Shown here in pieces: positions 1 to 9,796 of a stretch of 64,000 nt of DNA. Below the pieces are notes generated by a model. It was not told the DNA's origin. It made no database searches and saw only the letters and a list, made by a program, of their open reading frames with translations. Source of the DNA: Escherichia phage vB_EcoP_SU10. Made by a program: the position numbers and the translations under genes. Within the stretch, counting starts at the first letter, position 1, and each line of letters starts with the position of its first letter. The stretch lies in sequence record NC_027395.1. One strand, 5' to 3'.

Positions 1-210
1 AGCCTTTCTCTCACTCTTTAAAGGGGTACTAAATAAACGGGTAGTTAATGAATAGGATGGTATACACGGGGAAATAACTACGGGGAGTAGGCACGGGGAA
101 AGGTGGAACGTTGAAAGGGAAGGTAAAGGCATTGCCAATAACCCTTTTTTAAATGAGGACTCCCCTTTTTTAGGAAACACGCGGGAAGCGGCTAGCCCCA
201 CTCAGTCAAA

Positions 211-238
211 TTGAAATTTTAAACTCTTATATATAAGG
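211..238 (+). promoter_or_regulatory. Candidate sigma70-like promoter (TTGAAA, 16-nt spacer, TATAAG)
   Basis: Hexamers read at 211-216 and 233-238, upstream of the first small ORF; sequence-only guess. Confidence 0.3.
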
Positions 239-252
239 TTGAAAGAGAAATT

Positions 253-417
253 ATGTGGAAAATTAAGTTAATCATTAAGCAATTCAAATGCGATCATGAA
301 TACTATCGGATACGCAAAGCTTACGGGGATGAAAGAGTTCACACCCTTTATAAGTCCACTTGGAGATGTAGTAAATGTGGTAAGCTTAAACACAGCACAT
401 GGATGGATAGGCCTTAA
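253..417 (+). CDS. Small Cys/His-rich protein (54 aa), not in ORF track
   Basis: ATG 253 to TAA 415-417; contains C-x-H and C-x2-C; weak RBS. Confidence 0.3.
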   Translation: MWKIKLIIKQFKCDHEYYRIRKAYGDERVHTLYKSTWRCSKCGKLKHSTWMDRP

Positions 418-548
418 CGTGACATGGCCTTTATGACTAAGCCTTAACATGAAGTCCCCTTTATGACATACCCTTTACTTCAGCGTACACGGGTTGTTGG
501 TATGAGGTGGCCTTTACGGGTAGGTCTTATGATGTACCCTTTATACTC
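411..548. repeat. Degenerate direct-repeat array (27-bp unit x2 plus CCTTTA core x5)
   Basis: GCCTTAACGTGACATGGCCTTTATGAC (411-437) vs GCCTTAACATGAAGTCCCCTTTATGAC (441-467); CCTTTA recurs at 428, 458, 471, 511, 537. Confidence 0.5.
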
Positions 549-568
549 TTATTCAGAGGAGAAGAATT

Positions 569-823
569 ATGAATTTAGTATTAGACTTTTTATCAGAGAT
601 GGTGCCTCGGTTCAGAACAGAGACATACGCTTTCGTAATCAACAGTGACTCTGAAGAAGGGATGGAAGCTATATGCTTAGGTCGTCTTGTTGATTTAGAT
701 GATGAAACAGATTTCGATATTACAATTGATGTAAGTAGTTTTGGTTGGCTCTTCTTCAGAGCATTCCGCACTTACAGAAAAGAAACATACAAAGATTACA
801 GCAAGGGAGATACAAATGAATAA
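569..823 (+). CDS. Hypothetical protein (84 aa)
   Basis: ORF with GAGGAG RBS 7 nt upstream of ATG; overlaps next gene by 8 nt. Confidence 0.45.
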   Translation: MNLVLDFLSEMVPRFRTETYAFVINSDSEEGMEAICLGRLVDLDDETDFDITIDVSSFGWLFFRAFRTYRKETYKDYSKGDTNE

Positions 824-1448
824 TTTAATCCAAGCGATGGACCTTAACGATTACAATTCACAGCTATGTCGCTCTGGTTGTAGTTTACAGCATTTAGAAA
901 CTATGGGAAATGTTTCAGGATTGGCTGTACAAGATTTATATAGTGGAAGTATTCTTAAACCAACTATTACGGAGAAGAAAGATATGATGAGTTTAGTAGA
1001 ACAATACCGTGGACTTCAAGTCGGTACTATTGGTGATAAATATGAGAACTACTACAAAGATCGCTCAAAAGTACTTGAAGAAGTTGCACGGGCTAAGCCT
1101 TCTACTCTAGAAGTAGTTGAATACGAGTCTACTAAACATGACCATCTCCCTGACTATGCTCGTGCAATGATTGAGATGATTGAAGAAGCTGAATATGAAA
1201 TGCTCCATGACTACATTACCTCCAAAGATGAATGGCATCGTGATGTTCGAATCGAAGAAGATGGTACAGAAACAATTACGTGGATTCACAAGAGTGAGTT
1301 AGTAGACGACGCACTGCGAGACTACGAAAAATTTTTGGTCGACGGCTCTATTCTTTTAGAGGAAGAGAAGGGTGCAGAACTTCCGTGGGAAGGTGAGACG
1401 ATTGCTCTAGGTAAGATGTTTAACCTGTCCGTTGGTGATTGTAAGTAA
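816..1448 (+). CDS. Hypothetical protein (210 aa; start moved to ATG 816 with AGGGAGA RBS)
   Basis: Track ORF 741-1448; internal ATG preferred because of RBS and the upstream overlapping gene. Confidence 0.5.
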   Translation: MNNLIQAMDLNDYNSQLCRSGCSLQHLETMGNVSGLAVQDLYSGSILKPTITEKKDMMSLVEQYRGLQVGTIGDKYENYYKDRSKVLEEVARAKPSTLEVVEYESTKHDHLPDYARAMIEMIEEAEYEMLHDYITSKDEWHRDVRIEEDGTETITWIHKSELVDDALRDYEKFLVDGSILLEEEKGAELPWEGETIALGKMFNLSVGDCK

Positions 1449-1453
1449 TATTT

Positions 1454-1480
1454 GCCTCCGTTGGGAGGCTTTTTGTGTTG
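1454..1480 (+). terminator. Rho-independent terminator
   Basis: GCCTCC-gttg-GGAGGC hairpin followed by TTTTTGTGTTG. Confidence 0.6.
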
Positions 1481-1504
1481 TTGATAATGTAGAAGGAGTA
1501 TAAA

Positions 1505-1978
1505 ATGTTTGGAGAAAACGGAGAACTCACGCCTGCACAGGTAGCTGAGATTACAGGAAGATTACCCGGAGTAACGGAAGAACTCGAAAGCCGTGGTATG
1601 AACCCAAGCAATGGGAAGTTTCAAAAGGGAAATAAATTCGGACGACCCAGAGGTAGTAGAGGTAAACTGACACAATTAATGTTGGACCGTGTTGCTGCAA
1701 GTCATTTGTCTCCTGATGAAGTGTTAATTCAAATTTACGAAGATCCTAATATTCCACCTGATCTTAGATTCAAGGCTGCATCAAAAGTTGCAGATCTGGT
1801 ATATCCTAAGGCGGCCTCTGTTGAAGTTAAGATTGAGGAAGAGAATGTAATCAACGAAGAATCATTGAATGCACAAATCAAGGACTTCTTGACTGGAGCA
1901 CTTGGTATCGACGTTATGCCTCCAGAAGAAGACAACTCTGAGGACGCTGAAAAGGGGGAGGAAGCGGACGAGAGTTAA
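1505..1978 (+). CDS. Hypothetical protein with acidic C-terminus; possible small terminase subunit by position
   Basis: GAAGGAG RBS; immediately upstream of terminase large subunit; no motif recognised. Confidence 0.5.
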   Translation: MFGENGELTPAQVAEITGRLPGVTEELESRGMNPSNGKFQKGNKFGRPRGSRGKLTQLMLDRVAASHLSPDEVLIQIYEDPNIPPDLRFKAASKVADLVYPKAASVEVKIEEENVINEESLNAQIKDFLTGALGIDVMPPEEDNSEDAEKGEEADES

Positions 1979-2139
1979 GTAAAGGAAACAGGGAGCTGTC
2001 GAAGATCATCTGATTAACAATCTAAGGATTGTTATAGTTTTATTGCCACGATGTTCTTTTGCAGTGTACCCTTGTAGTGGAGAGGGGAGGTTCTTTGACG
2101 AAGGGACTTTCCCTTTTCTATTTTTAAACTGGAGGAAGT

Positions 2140-3681
2140 ATGTCATTAGATAAACAAATTTATGAAGCTCTAACTGGTAACAACCTTAGTGTAGAGGAAA
2201 AGAAAGCACTATTGAATATGTTGAAAGAGCGTGACCAATGGAGGAAGTATAATAAGATTTTGTCTTTCAAGGCGTATGACTTCCAAAAGAAATTTTATGC
2301 AGCAGGATTGAAGCATCGCTTTAGATTCTTGTGTGCAGCGAACCGTGTTGGTAAATCTTACAGCGAGGCATACGAGTTTGCTTGTCATGTCACAGGTCGC
2401 TACCCAACTTGGTGGACAGGATATAAATTTAAAAGACCTATCTTAGCATGGGCAGTTGGTATTACAGGGGATTCCACAAGGAAAGTATTGCAAAAGGAAT
2501 TGTTTGGTACACCTATCGGAAAGGATACAAATTTATTGGGGACAGGTGTCATTCCTCGTGATGCTATCGTCATTGACACGATAGAACGAGATGGTAACAA
2601 ACTTCAAATCGTACAAATCAAACATCAAAATGAAAGAGGAGAGTTTGACGGTTTAAGTACATTAGAATTCCGTTCAACCCAACAGGGTGAACACACATTG
2701 ATGGGTGCAACAGTTGACTACATTTGGTTAGACGAAGAAGATCCATACGAGTCTATGGCTATATTCGCACAGTGCGTCACACGTACACTCACAACTAAAG
2801 GTCTAGTTACAATTACGGCTACACCAGAGAACGGTTTAACTGAACTGGTAGATAAATTTATGAAAGGTGAAGGGGATGAGAACACAGGTTCTCTATATTT
2901 CCAGAATGCTTCTTGGTGGGATGCTCATGCAGACCTAGGTGGACATATCACTGACCAAGATATAAAAGATATGACTGAAGGTATTCCAGCGTGGCAGTTA
3001 GAGATGCGTTCAAAAGGTATGCCATTGTTAGGAAGTGGTTTGATTTATGATGTATCGGATGACACAATTAAATGTGAACCATTCGAAATTCCTGATACGT
3101 GGAAACGTGTCTGTGCAATTGATATTGGTATTGATCACCCAACTGCTGCTGTTTGGACAGCTTACGATGCAAACACGGATACTATCTATGTTTACGACTC
3201 ATATAAAGAAGGTGGCTTTACTCCAGTGTATCATGCTCCAGCTATTAATGGTCGTGGTCAGTGGATTCCTGTCATCCTACCGCACGATGCGGACAATATT
3301 GAGAAAGGTAGTGGCTCATCTGTTGCTCAATTCTATAAGAATGCAGGAGTTAACGTGCAGAGTGAGACCTTCTACAACAAAATTGGAATGGATGGTAAAA
3401 AGAACTTCTTTGTAGAACCGGGAATCACAGATATCAGAGAAAGAATGATGAGTGGACGCTTTAAAATCTTTAACACAGCCGCTAATGCTAAGCTATTCGA
3501 AGAGAAAGCTAGATATCACCGTAAGGTTGGTAAGATTATTAAAGAACATGATGACTTAATGGATGCAATGCGCTATTCAGCGTGCTCTGTTACACATCGT
3601 GGTCGCTCTAAACATGACGTTAGCTACGGAAGTGCTTCTCTGTATGAGGCAAACGTAAGCAGATGGAATCAGAGTTACTAA
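2140..3681 (+). CDS. terL: Terminase large subunit
   Basis: 513 aa; Walker A-like CAANRVGKS near N-terminus; position ahead of portal. Confidence 0.85.
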   Translation: MSLDKQIYEALTGNNLSVEEKKALLNMLKERDQWRKYNKILSFKAYDFQKKFYAAGLKHRFRFLCAANRVGKSYSEAYEFACHVTGRYPTWWTGYKFKRPILAWAVGITGDSTRKVLQKELFGTPIGKDTNLLGTGVIPRDAIVIDTIERDGNKLQIVQIKHQNERGEFDGLSTLEFRSTQQGEHTLMGATVDYIWLDEEDPYESMAIFAQCVTRTLTTKGLVTITATPENGLTELVDKFMKGEGDENTGSLYFQNASWWDAHADLGGHITDQDIKDMTEGIPAWQLEMRSKGMPLLGSGLIYDVSDDTIKCEPFEIPDTWKRVCAIDIGIDHPTAAVWTAYDANTDTIYVYDSYKEGGFTPVYHAPAINGRGQWIPVILPHDADNIEKGSGSSVAQFYKNAGVNVQSETFYNKIGMDGKKNFFVEPGITDIRERMMSGRFKIFNTAANAKLFEEKARYHRKVGKIIKEHDDLMDAMRYSACSVTHRGRSKHDVSYGSASLYEANVSRWNQSY

Positions 3682-3686
3682 AGTAA

Positions 3687-3716
3687 GGGGGAGGTTTGTC
3701 CTCCCTTCTTTTATTT
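3687..3716 (+). terminator. Hairpin plus T-tract (possible attenuator between terminase and portal)
   Basis: GGGAGG-tttgt-CCTCCC followed by TTCTTTTATTT. Confidence 0.45.
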
Positions 3717-3742
3717 AAGCTATCAACCGAGGGAGAGAATCG

Positions 3743-5986
3743 ATGGCTAAGCAAAAATATAGTGAAGAGGTGTTGGACGAGTTACGTGTTGACCTTCAAC
3801 GTCGTTTTAATTATGCTCAAGGCTACGTGGACATGGCTGTTAAGGGCTATGCTCGTGAAGCTTGGGAATATTTCTATGGTAACTTACCTGCACCAGTAAC
3901 TGCTGGCAGCTCTAGTTGGGTAGATCGTACTGTTTGGGAATCTGTTAACGGTACATTGCAAGATATTATTAACGTATTCTGTTCTGGTGATGAAGCAGTT
4001 ACTTTCGTAGCTGACAACCAACAGGATTCTGATGCTGCTGATGTAGCAACTAAATTAGTTAACCAAATTCTTCTGCGTGACAATCCGGGATACAATATTA
4101 TCTCTTCTGCTGCACAAGAATGTCTGGTTACTCGTAACTCTTTTATCAAGTATTATTGGGATGAACAAACTTCTACTCAAACTGAAGAAGCTGAAGGTGT
4201 ACCACCGGAAGCATTGGCTGCATATGTTCAGGGATTAGAAGCTGGTGGACTCAAGAATCTGGAAGTCTTCACTGAAGAAAATGAAGACGGTACAGTCGAT
4301 GTTAAAGTTACTTACGAACAAACTGTTAAACGTGTGAAAGTTGAATATGTTCCTTCAGAGCAAATCTTTGTTGATGAACATGCTACCTCTTTTGCAGATG
4401 CACAATACTTCTGTCATCGTGTACGTCGTTCTAAAGAAGATCTGGTTGCTATGGGCTTCCCTAAAGATGAGATTGAAGCATTCAACGACTGGACAGACAC
4501 GATGGATACCACTCAATCTACGGTTGCTTGGTCTCGTACTGACTGGCGTCAGGATATTGATGCTGATATTGGTACAGATACCGAAGATATCGCTTCTATG
4601 GTTTGGGTTTATGAGCACTATATTCGTACTGGTGTTCTAGATAAGAATAAAGAGTCTAAACTCTATCAGGTTATTCAAGCTGGTGAGCATATCCTTCACA
4701 CTGAAGAAGTAACTCACATTCCGTTTGTAACCTTCTGTCCGTATCCGATTCCGGGTTCCTTCTATGGTCAATCGGTCTATGACATTACGAAAGATATTCA
4801 AGATTTACGTACCGCGTTAGTTCGTGGTTATATTGATAACGTCAACAATGCTAACTATGGTCGATACAAAGCTCTTGTTGGTGCATACGACCGTCGCTCT
4901 CTGCTTGATAACCGTCCCGGTGGAGTGGTTGAAATGGAACGTCAGGACGCTATTGACCTGTTCCCATACCATAACCTACCTCAAGGTATTGACGGCCTTC
5001 TAGGCATGTCTGAGGAGCTTAAAGAGACACGTACCGGTGTAACCAAACTAGGCATGGGTATCAACCCTGATGTGTTTAAGAATGATAACGCTTATGCAAC
5101 CGTAGGCTTGATGATGAATGCTGCACAGAACCGCCTCCGTATGGTATGTCGTAACATTGCTCACAACGGTATGGTTGAACTGATGCGTGGTATTTACAAT
5201 CTTATCAGAGAAAATGGTGAAGTTCCTATTGAGGTACAAACCCCTCGTGGTATGATTCAGGTAAATCCGAAACAATTACCAGCTCGTCACAATCTTCAAG
5301 TTGTTGTAGCTATCTCTCCTAATGAGAAAGCAGAACGTGCACAGAAACTGATTAGCTTGAAACAGCTGATTGCAGCAGATGCACAGTTAGCACCTCTCTT
5401 TGGTTTGGAGCAAGACCGTTACATGACTGCACAGATCTTTGAGTTGATGGGTATTAAAGATACACATAAATACCTTCTGCCTCTGGAACAGTATCAGCCT
5501 CCAGAACCTTCTCCGATGGAAATCCTCCAGCTCGAGATGACTAAAGCTCAGGTTGAGAACGTACAGGCTTCTTCTCAGAAGATGATTGCTGATGCATTCG
5601 ACCAACGTGAACGTACTACATTCGAACAGCAGAAAGCTGCGGATGAATTAAGTCTGCGTCAGGAAGAGTTGCAGTTCAAGCAAGAAAATGCAGCAGATGC
5701 AATGACTCTGGAAAACCGTAAAGAAGATAACAATGCTACTCTGGAACAAGCTAAGCACAAGTTAGCTCTTATGCAACAGCAGGTCCGTCAGTATGAATCT
5801 GTACTGAAAGAATTGCAGATGGTTATGTCTCATCAGGTAGACCAAGAGAAGATTGTTCAGCAAGCTCGTGTTCAGGACAAAACTTTGGAACTCCAAAAGA
5901 AAGAAGCTAATGTAACTAAGAAAGAGCAACAAGCTTCTCTCAAAGATTCACGGATTCCAGGCAAACGTCTTGGAAGTAAAAAGTAA
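3743..5986 (+). CDS. Portal protein
   Basis: 747 aa; directly downstream of terminase; coiled-coil Q/E-rich C-terminus; synteny-based. Confidence 0.75.
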   Translation: MAKQKYSEEVLDELRVDLQRRFNYAQGYVDMAVKGYAREAWEYFYGNLPAPVTAGSSSWVDRTVWESVNGTLQDIINVFCSGDEAVTFVADNQQDSDAADVATKLVNQILLRDNPGYNIISSAAQECLVTRNSFIKYYWDEQTSTQTEEAEGVPPEALAAYVQGLEAGGLKNLEVFTEENEDGTVDVKVTYEQTVKRVKVEYVPSEQIFVDEHATSFADAQYFCHRVRRSKEDLVAMGFPKDEIEAFNDWTDTMDTTQSTVAWSRTDWRQDIDADIGTDTEDIASMVWVYEHYIRTGVLDKNKESKLYQVIQAGEHILHTEEVTHIPFVTFCPYPIPGSFYGQSVYDITKDIQDLRTALVRGYIDNVNNANYGRYKALVGAYDRRSLLDNRPGGVVEMERQDAIDLFPYHNLPQGIDGLLGMSEELKETRTGVTKLGMGINPDVFKNDNAYATVGLMMNAAQNRLRMVCRNIAHNGMVELMRGIYNLIRENGEVPIEVQTPRGMIQVNPKQLPARHNLQVVVAISPNEKAERAQKLISLKQLIAADAQLAPLFGLEQDRYMTAQIFELMGIKDTHKYLLPLEQYQPPEPSPMEILQLEMTKAQVENVQASSQKMIADAFDQRERTTFEQQKAADELSLRQEELQFKQENAADAMTLENRKEDNNATLEQAKHKLALMQQQVRQYESVLKELQMVMSHQVDQEKIVQQARVQDKTLELQKKEANVTKKEQQASLKDSRIPGKRLGSKK

Positions 5987-5995
5987 GGACGTCGA

Positions 5996-6232
5996 ATGAA
6001 CATTAGGCATCAATTCAATAAAGAGCACGCCGCCGCTTTGGCGGCTCTCAATCTTAACGGCAGTCTTGACGCAGCATTAGAGGCATTGAAAGAAAGACTC
6101 ATGACAGAGATAGTTCAAACCGAACCTCATGAGAATAAGAAACGCGAAGATTGTTATCAAAAGTATAAAATGGTGGGTAGCTTAAAAGAGGTCATAAAAG
6201 CTGCTATCAATAGTGCAGGAGATGTTTCATAA
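5996..6232 (+). CDS. Hypothetical protein (78 aa)
   Basis: AAGGA RBS; stop overlaps scaffold start (TAATG). Confidence 0.45.
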   Translation: MNIRHQFNKEHAAALAALNLNGSLDAALEALKERLMTEIVQTEPHENKKREDCYQKYKMVGSLKEVIKAAINSAGDVS

Positions 6233-7308
6233 TGCCACAAGATAATTATATTGACCCGAACGATTTTAAATCTTTCCTCCAACTGGATGACCTGAAAGGT
6301 TCTTTCAAAGAAGAACTCGGTCGATTAGAATCTGAACAAGAACCAGAAGTGGACATTGACGATGAGTTCCCGGAAAAAGACGGTGACGATTTCGACTTTG
6401 ATACCGACCTTCTCGGTGAAAGCGATGAGCTTAAGTTCGAAGATGAAGATGGTTGGGAAGATCGTGAAGAGGAAGGCGAAGTCGAAGAAGATGAAGATGA
6501 ATCCTCTGAAGCAGAAGAACAAGAGGAAGAAGATTCAAGCGATGCAGAGTATGAAGATGATTCTGCTGACGGTGAAGGTGAAGTCTTTGATGTAGACTAC
6601 GAAACCGTTATCACCCTTCCTGATGGACGTGAGATGACTATTGAAGAACTTTCTAATGGCTATCTTACTGGTGCTGATATGACAGAACGAGAATCAACTC
6701 TTCAGCGTCATATGGAAGCATTCGAGGAACGTGTAGTAGGTTTGAAGGATGTATTAGAACTAGCGTCTTTAGAAGCAGACCGAGTAATTGAAGATTATAA
6801 CGGTTTTGATTGGGACAAGCTTGCAGTAGAAGATCCTCAAGCATATGTTGAAAACAAACGTTTCCTAGAGAAGTACACAGCTCGCCGTCAACAGCTTGAA
6901 CAGGCTCAGGTCCGTATTAAGCAGGAAGCAGCAGCTAAAGAGCAGGAAGCTTTCCAAGCCAAGAGTATTGAATGTGTTAATATTCTGAAACGTGAGATTC
7001 CAAATTGGGATGAAAACTTATATCAAAACTTAATGCAATACGCAATTGACTTAGGTGCTACTGAAGAAGAAGTATTGAAGGAAAACCGTCCGTCTATTTT
7101 CCTAGCTCTCCATAAAGCATACCAATTTGATAAAGGTAAGCAACAGGTGATGGCTAAGATTAAACGTCCCGGTGCTCCACGCAAGGTTGTGAAGTCTGAT
7201 GCTGCAAAGTCTCGCACTTCCAATAAGCCCGACAACGCTAAGGTTGCCAAGGCATTCGCAGAGGGTCGCGTTAGTCACGAAGACGCATTCAAATTCCTCG
7301 TAGATTAA
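6232..7308 (+). CDS. Scaffolding protein (putative)
   Basis: 358 aa, extremely D/E-rich N-terminal half, helical C-terminus; located between portal and capsid. Confidence 0.6.
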   Translation: MPQDNYIDPNDFKSFLQLDDLKGSFKEELGRLESEQEPEVDIDDEFPEKDGDDFDFDTDLLGESDELKFEDEDGWEDREEEGEVEEDEDESSEAEEQEEEDSSDAEYEDDSADGEGEVFDVDYETVITLPDGREMTIEELSNGYLTGADMTERESTLQRHMEAFEERVVGLKDVLELASLEADRVIEDYNGFDWDKLAVEDPQAYVENKRFLEKYTARRQQLEQAQVRIKQEAAAKEQEAFQAKSIECVNILKREIPNWDENLYQNLMQYAIDLGATEEEVLKENRPSIFLALHKAYQFDKGKQQVMAKIKRPGAPRKVVKSDAAKSRTSNKPDNAKVAKAFAEGRVSHEDAFKFLVD

Positions 7309-7349
7309 TCGACAAATTAAATTATTAATAGTATAGGAGCTAACATAAC

Positions 7350-8408
7350 ATGGCTAATCCAACTTTATTTGTATCGTATGACCAGAATGGTAAAAAACTT
7401 TCTTTTGCTAACTGGATTTCTGTTCTGTCCCCTCAGGATACTCCGTTCGTATCTATGACCGGTAAAGAGTCTATCAACCAGACTATCTTTAGCTGGCAGA
7501 CCGATGCACTGGCAAGCGTTGACGGTAATAACGCACACGTCGAAGGCTCTCGTGCTGAAGACGGTGAAATGAAACCGACTGTTATCAAATCTAACGTTAC
7601 TCAGATTCTGCGTAAGGTTGTTCGTGTTTCTGATACTGCTAACACCACCGCTAACTACGGTCGTGGTCGTGAACTGATGTATCAGCTGGAGAAGAAAGGT
7701 AAAGAGATCAAGCGTGACCTCGAGAAAATCCTTCTGTCCGGTCAGGCTCGTACCGATGTTCTGGCTGACCAGTATCTGACTAACTCCGCAGCTGATCCTG
7801 CTGTTGCTGGTCTGAATGACACCCATGCAGCTCGTAAGACTGGTGCATTCCAGTTCCTGTGTGCTCACGGTGGTCTGGCTGGTGGCGTTGTTGACAAGAC
7901 CAAGAATGGTCCTGCTGACCCGGATACTGGTGCAGTAACTGTTAAAGTTGCACAGAATGCTTCTAACCCGACCACTAACATCGGTTTTGATGAAGCTGAT
8001 ATCTTTGATATGACTCTGCAACTGTACACCGCTGGTTCTGAAGCAGATATCATCATGATTAACCCGGCTCATGCTAAGATCTTCGCTGGTCTGCAAGAAA
8101 ATACTCAGGGTTCACGTAAGCGTATCTTTGAGAACACCAAGCAGTTCATCTACGAAGTTAACAGCATCACTGACCCGCTGGGCCAGAGCTACAAAATCAT
8201 CGTTAACCGTTGGATGCCTACCGATGCAGTTTACTTCTTCCGTAGCGCTGACTGGACTCAGATGGTTCTGCGTGCTCCGAAACGTACTGAACTGGCTAAA
8301 GACGGTTCTTACGAGAAGTGGATGATTGAAATGGAAGTTGGTCTGCGTCACCGCAACCCGTATGCTTCTGGCGTACTGTTCACTGCTGCGGGAAAGGCGG
8401 CGGCGTAA
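7350..8408 (+). CDS. Major capsid protein (putative)
   Basis: 352 aa; position after scaffold; followed by a strong terminator; no motif verification possible. Confidence 0.7.
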   Translation: MANPTLFVSYDQNGKKLSFANWISVLSPQDTPFVSMTGKESINQTIFSWQTDALASVDGNNAHVEGSRAEDGEMKPTVIKSNVTQILRKVVRVSDTANTTANYGRGRELMYQLEKKGKEIKRDLEKILLSGQARTDVLADQYLTNSAADPAVAGLNDTHAARKTGAFQFLCAHGGLAGGVVDKTKNGPADPDTGAVTVKVAQNASNPTTNIGFDEADIFDMTLQLYTAGSEADIIMINPAHAKIFAGLQENTQGSRKRIFENTKQFIYEVNSITDPLGQSYKIIVNRWMPTDAVYFFRSADWTQMVLRAPKRTELAKDGSYEKWMIEMEVGLRHRNPYASGVLFTAAGKAAA

Positions 8409-8414
8409 CAGTAG

Positions 8415-8933
8415 ACACTGTCTACTGTTAGCCCTGCGTCTTTAGCAAGCCTAGAGACAGGGGCTACTCGGCAGTTCACTGCAAGCGCGGAGAAAAGTGA
8501 TGGTTCTACCGAAACAACTGGCTTTACTTGGTCAGTGACAGGAGGTGGTTCTATCACTCAGTCGGGTTTGTATACTGCTCCGAGTGCGTCTCAATCCACT
8601 GATGTATCCATTACTGCAACTTTAGAAGGTGTTTCTGGTACAGCAATCATTTCTGAAATTGTTGCTCCTGCTCCTACTATTGTAGCTAAGGGTCCAATTA
8701 CGGGTAAAACTGGTGGTTCTTCCACTAACTTCACTACCATGTTTACTGTAACTAATTCTACTGCTGCGGATTACACGTTTGTTGTAACCCCTACAGAAGC
8801 TGGTACAGTAAGCGCAGCTGGTGCGTTAACCTTAGATGCTGCTGCAAGTGGCGAAGTTACTGTTCAAGCAAGTTTGACAGCTGATCCGTCCATCAATGCA
8901 ACATGCACTTTTACTGGTGTAACACCTGCTTAA
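8415..8933 (+). CDS. Ig-like (Big_2-type) two-domain region lacking a canonical start for its first domain
   Basis: In-frame translation from 8415 gives TVSPASLASLETGATRQFTAS...TGFTWSV...ITATLEGVSGTAII (Big_2-like); first in-frame ATG/GTG/TTG is GTG 8535. Confidence 0.45.
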   Translation, partial: TLSTVSPASLASLETGATRQFTASAEKSDGSTETTGFTWSVTGGGSITQSGLYTAPSASQSTDVSITATLEGVSGTAIISEIVAPAPTIVAKGPITGKTGGSSTNFTTMFTVTNSTAADYTFVVTPTEAGTVSAAGALTLDAAASGEVTVQASLTADPSINATCTFTGVTPA

Positions 8934-8940
8934 AACTAGA

Positions 8941-8970
8941 CCCTGCCTTCGGGCGGGGTTTTTTCGTTTT
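8941..8970 (+). terminator. Rho-independent terminator
   Basis: CCCTGCC-ttcg-GGCGGGG hairpin (UUCG tetraloop) followed by TTTTTTCGTTTT. Confidence 0.7.
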
Positions 8971-8992
8971 AAGACCTATACAAGCAAGTGTG

Positions 8993-9001
8993 TAATGTAT
9001 A
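8993..9001 (+). promoter_or_regulatory. TAATGTATA promoter-like element
   Basis: Exact 9-mer 33 nt upstream of ATG 9035; same 9-mer recurs upstream of other genes. Confidence 0.5.
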
Positions 9002-9034
9002 TTCTTTGTCTACATATAACAAGGAGGACAACCT

Positions 9035-9787
9035 ATGGCAATGCCAGATGTTCAATACCCCATCAATACCTATGGGTGGCTAAAGAAGGCCGTGGCCCTC
9101 TGGGCAGATAGGGACGACGATGAATTTGTTAATCAAATTCCAAACTTTATTAACTTTGCAGAGAAAGAGATTTATCGTAACTTACGTATTCCTCCTCTGG
9201 AAAAAGAAGTGTATTTAGATATTAAAGATGGAGTAGCTTACATTCCTCCTGATTACTTAGAAGCTCAATGGATGATGAGAGCCAAAGATGGCACAATCTT
9301 CCAAGTAACCTCTCCTGAAGAGATTAGCTATCGTAGACAGCATGGAACAATTAACCCATCTCACTGGAATAACCAACCTGTCAACTTTGCTCGTTTCGGT
9401 AGTCGTTTCATTTTCTACCCTAGCATCGAAGCAGATACTCCGTACTACCCTGATGATGGAAGCCCTTTGATTCCAGCAGAAAACTCAGTGATTCTTAGCT
9501 ATTATGCAGACCCACCGGAATTCCATGAAGATACAGATACTAGTACTATTCTTACTATAGCACCAGAACTTCTTCTGTACTTCACCCTACGTCATGCTTG
9601 TCTCTTTGTTCAAGATGATAATGGTGTTCAGAAATGGTCAGCATTAGGAAAAGCTATCCTTGATGAAATGGTAGAACAGAATAAGAAACAAGAGTACTCA
9701 GGTTCACCTATCGCAATTCCGAATAACATGACTCGACTTCAGAGCAGCTTGCCTGATATTTATGGTATTCGTACTTCTCGTGTATAA
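9035..9787 (+). CDS. Hypothetical virion protein (250 aa)
   Basis: First gene after capsid terminator and promoter-like element; GGAGGA RBS. Confidence 0.6.
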   Translation: MAMPDVQYPINTYGWLKKAVALWADRDDDEFVNQIPNFINFAEKEIYRNLRIPPLEKEVYLDIKDGVAYIPPDYLEAQWMMRAKDGTIFQVTSPEEISYRRQHGTINPSHWNNQPVNFARFGSRFIFYPSIEADTPYYPDDGSPLIPAENSVILSYYADPPEFHEDTDTSTILTIAPELLLYFTLRHACLFVQDDNGVQKWSALGKAILDEMVEQNKKQEYSGSPIAIPNNMTRLQSSLPDIYGIRTSRV

Positions 9788-9796
9788 GGAGATAAT

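Noticed and set aside
3696-3899. 67-aa + strand ORF overlapping the portal start
   Set aside because: Out-of-frame overlap with the portal gene and it begins within the upstream terminator hairpin.
7324-7333. TAATAGTATA upstream of the capsid gene as another promoter element
   Set aside because: One-base insertion relative to TAATGTATA and only about 17 nt from the ATG, unlike the 33-59 nt spacing of the exact copies.
7365-8096. 243-aa minus-strand ORF inside the major capsid gene
   Set aside because: Antisense shadow ORF fully contained in a well-supported + strand gene; odd composition and no RBS context.
8390-8431. Slippery heptamer G-GGA-AAG at the 3' end of the capsid gene as a -1 frameshift site joining capsid to the Ig-like domain
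   Set aside because: The -1 frame ends after 13 codons at TAG and does not enter the Ig-like frame, which is the same frame as the capsid; it cannot explain an Ig fusion.
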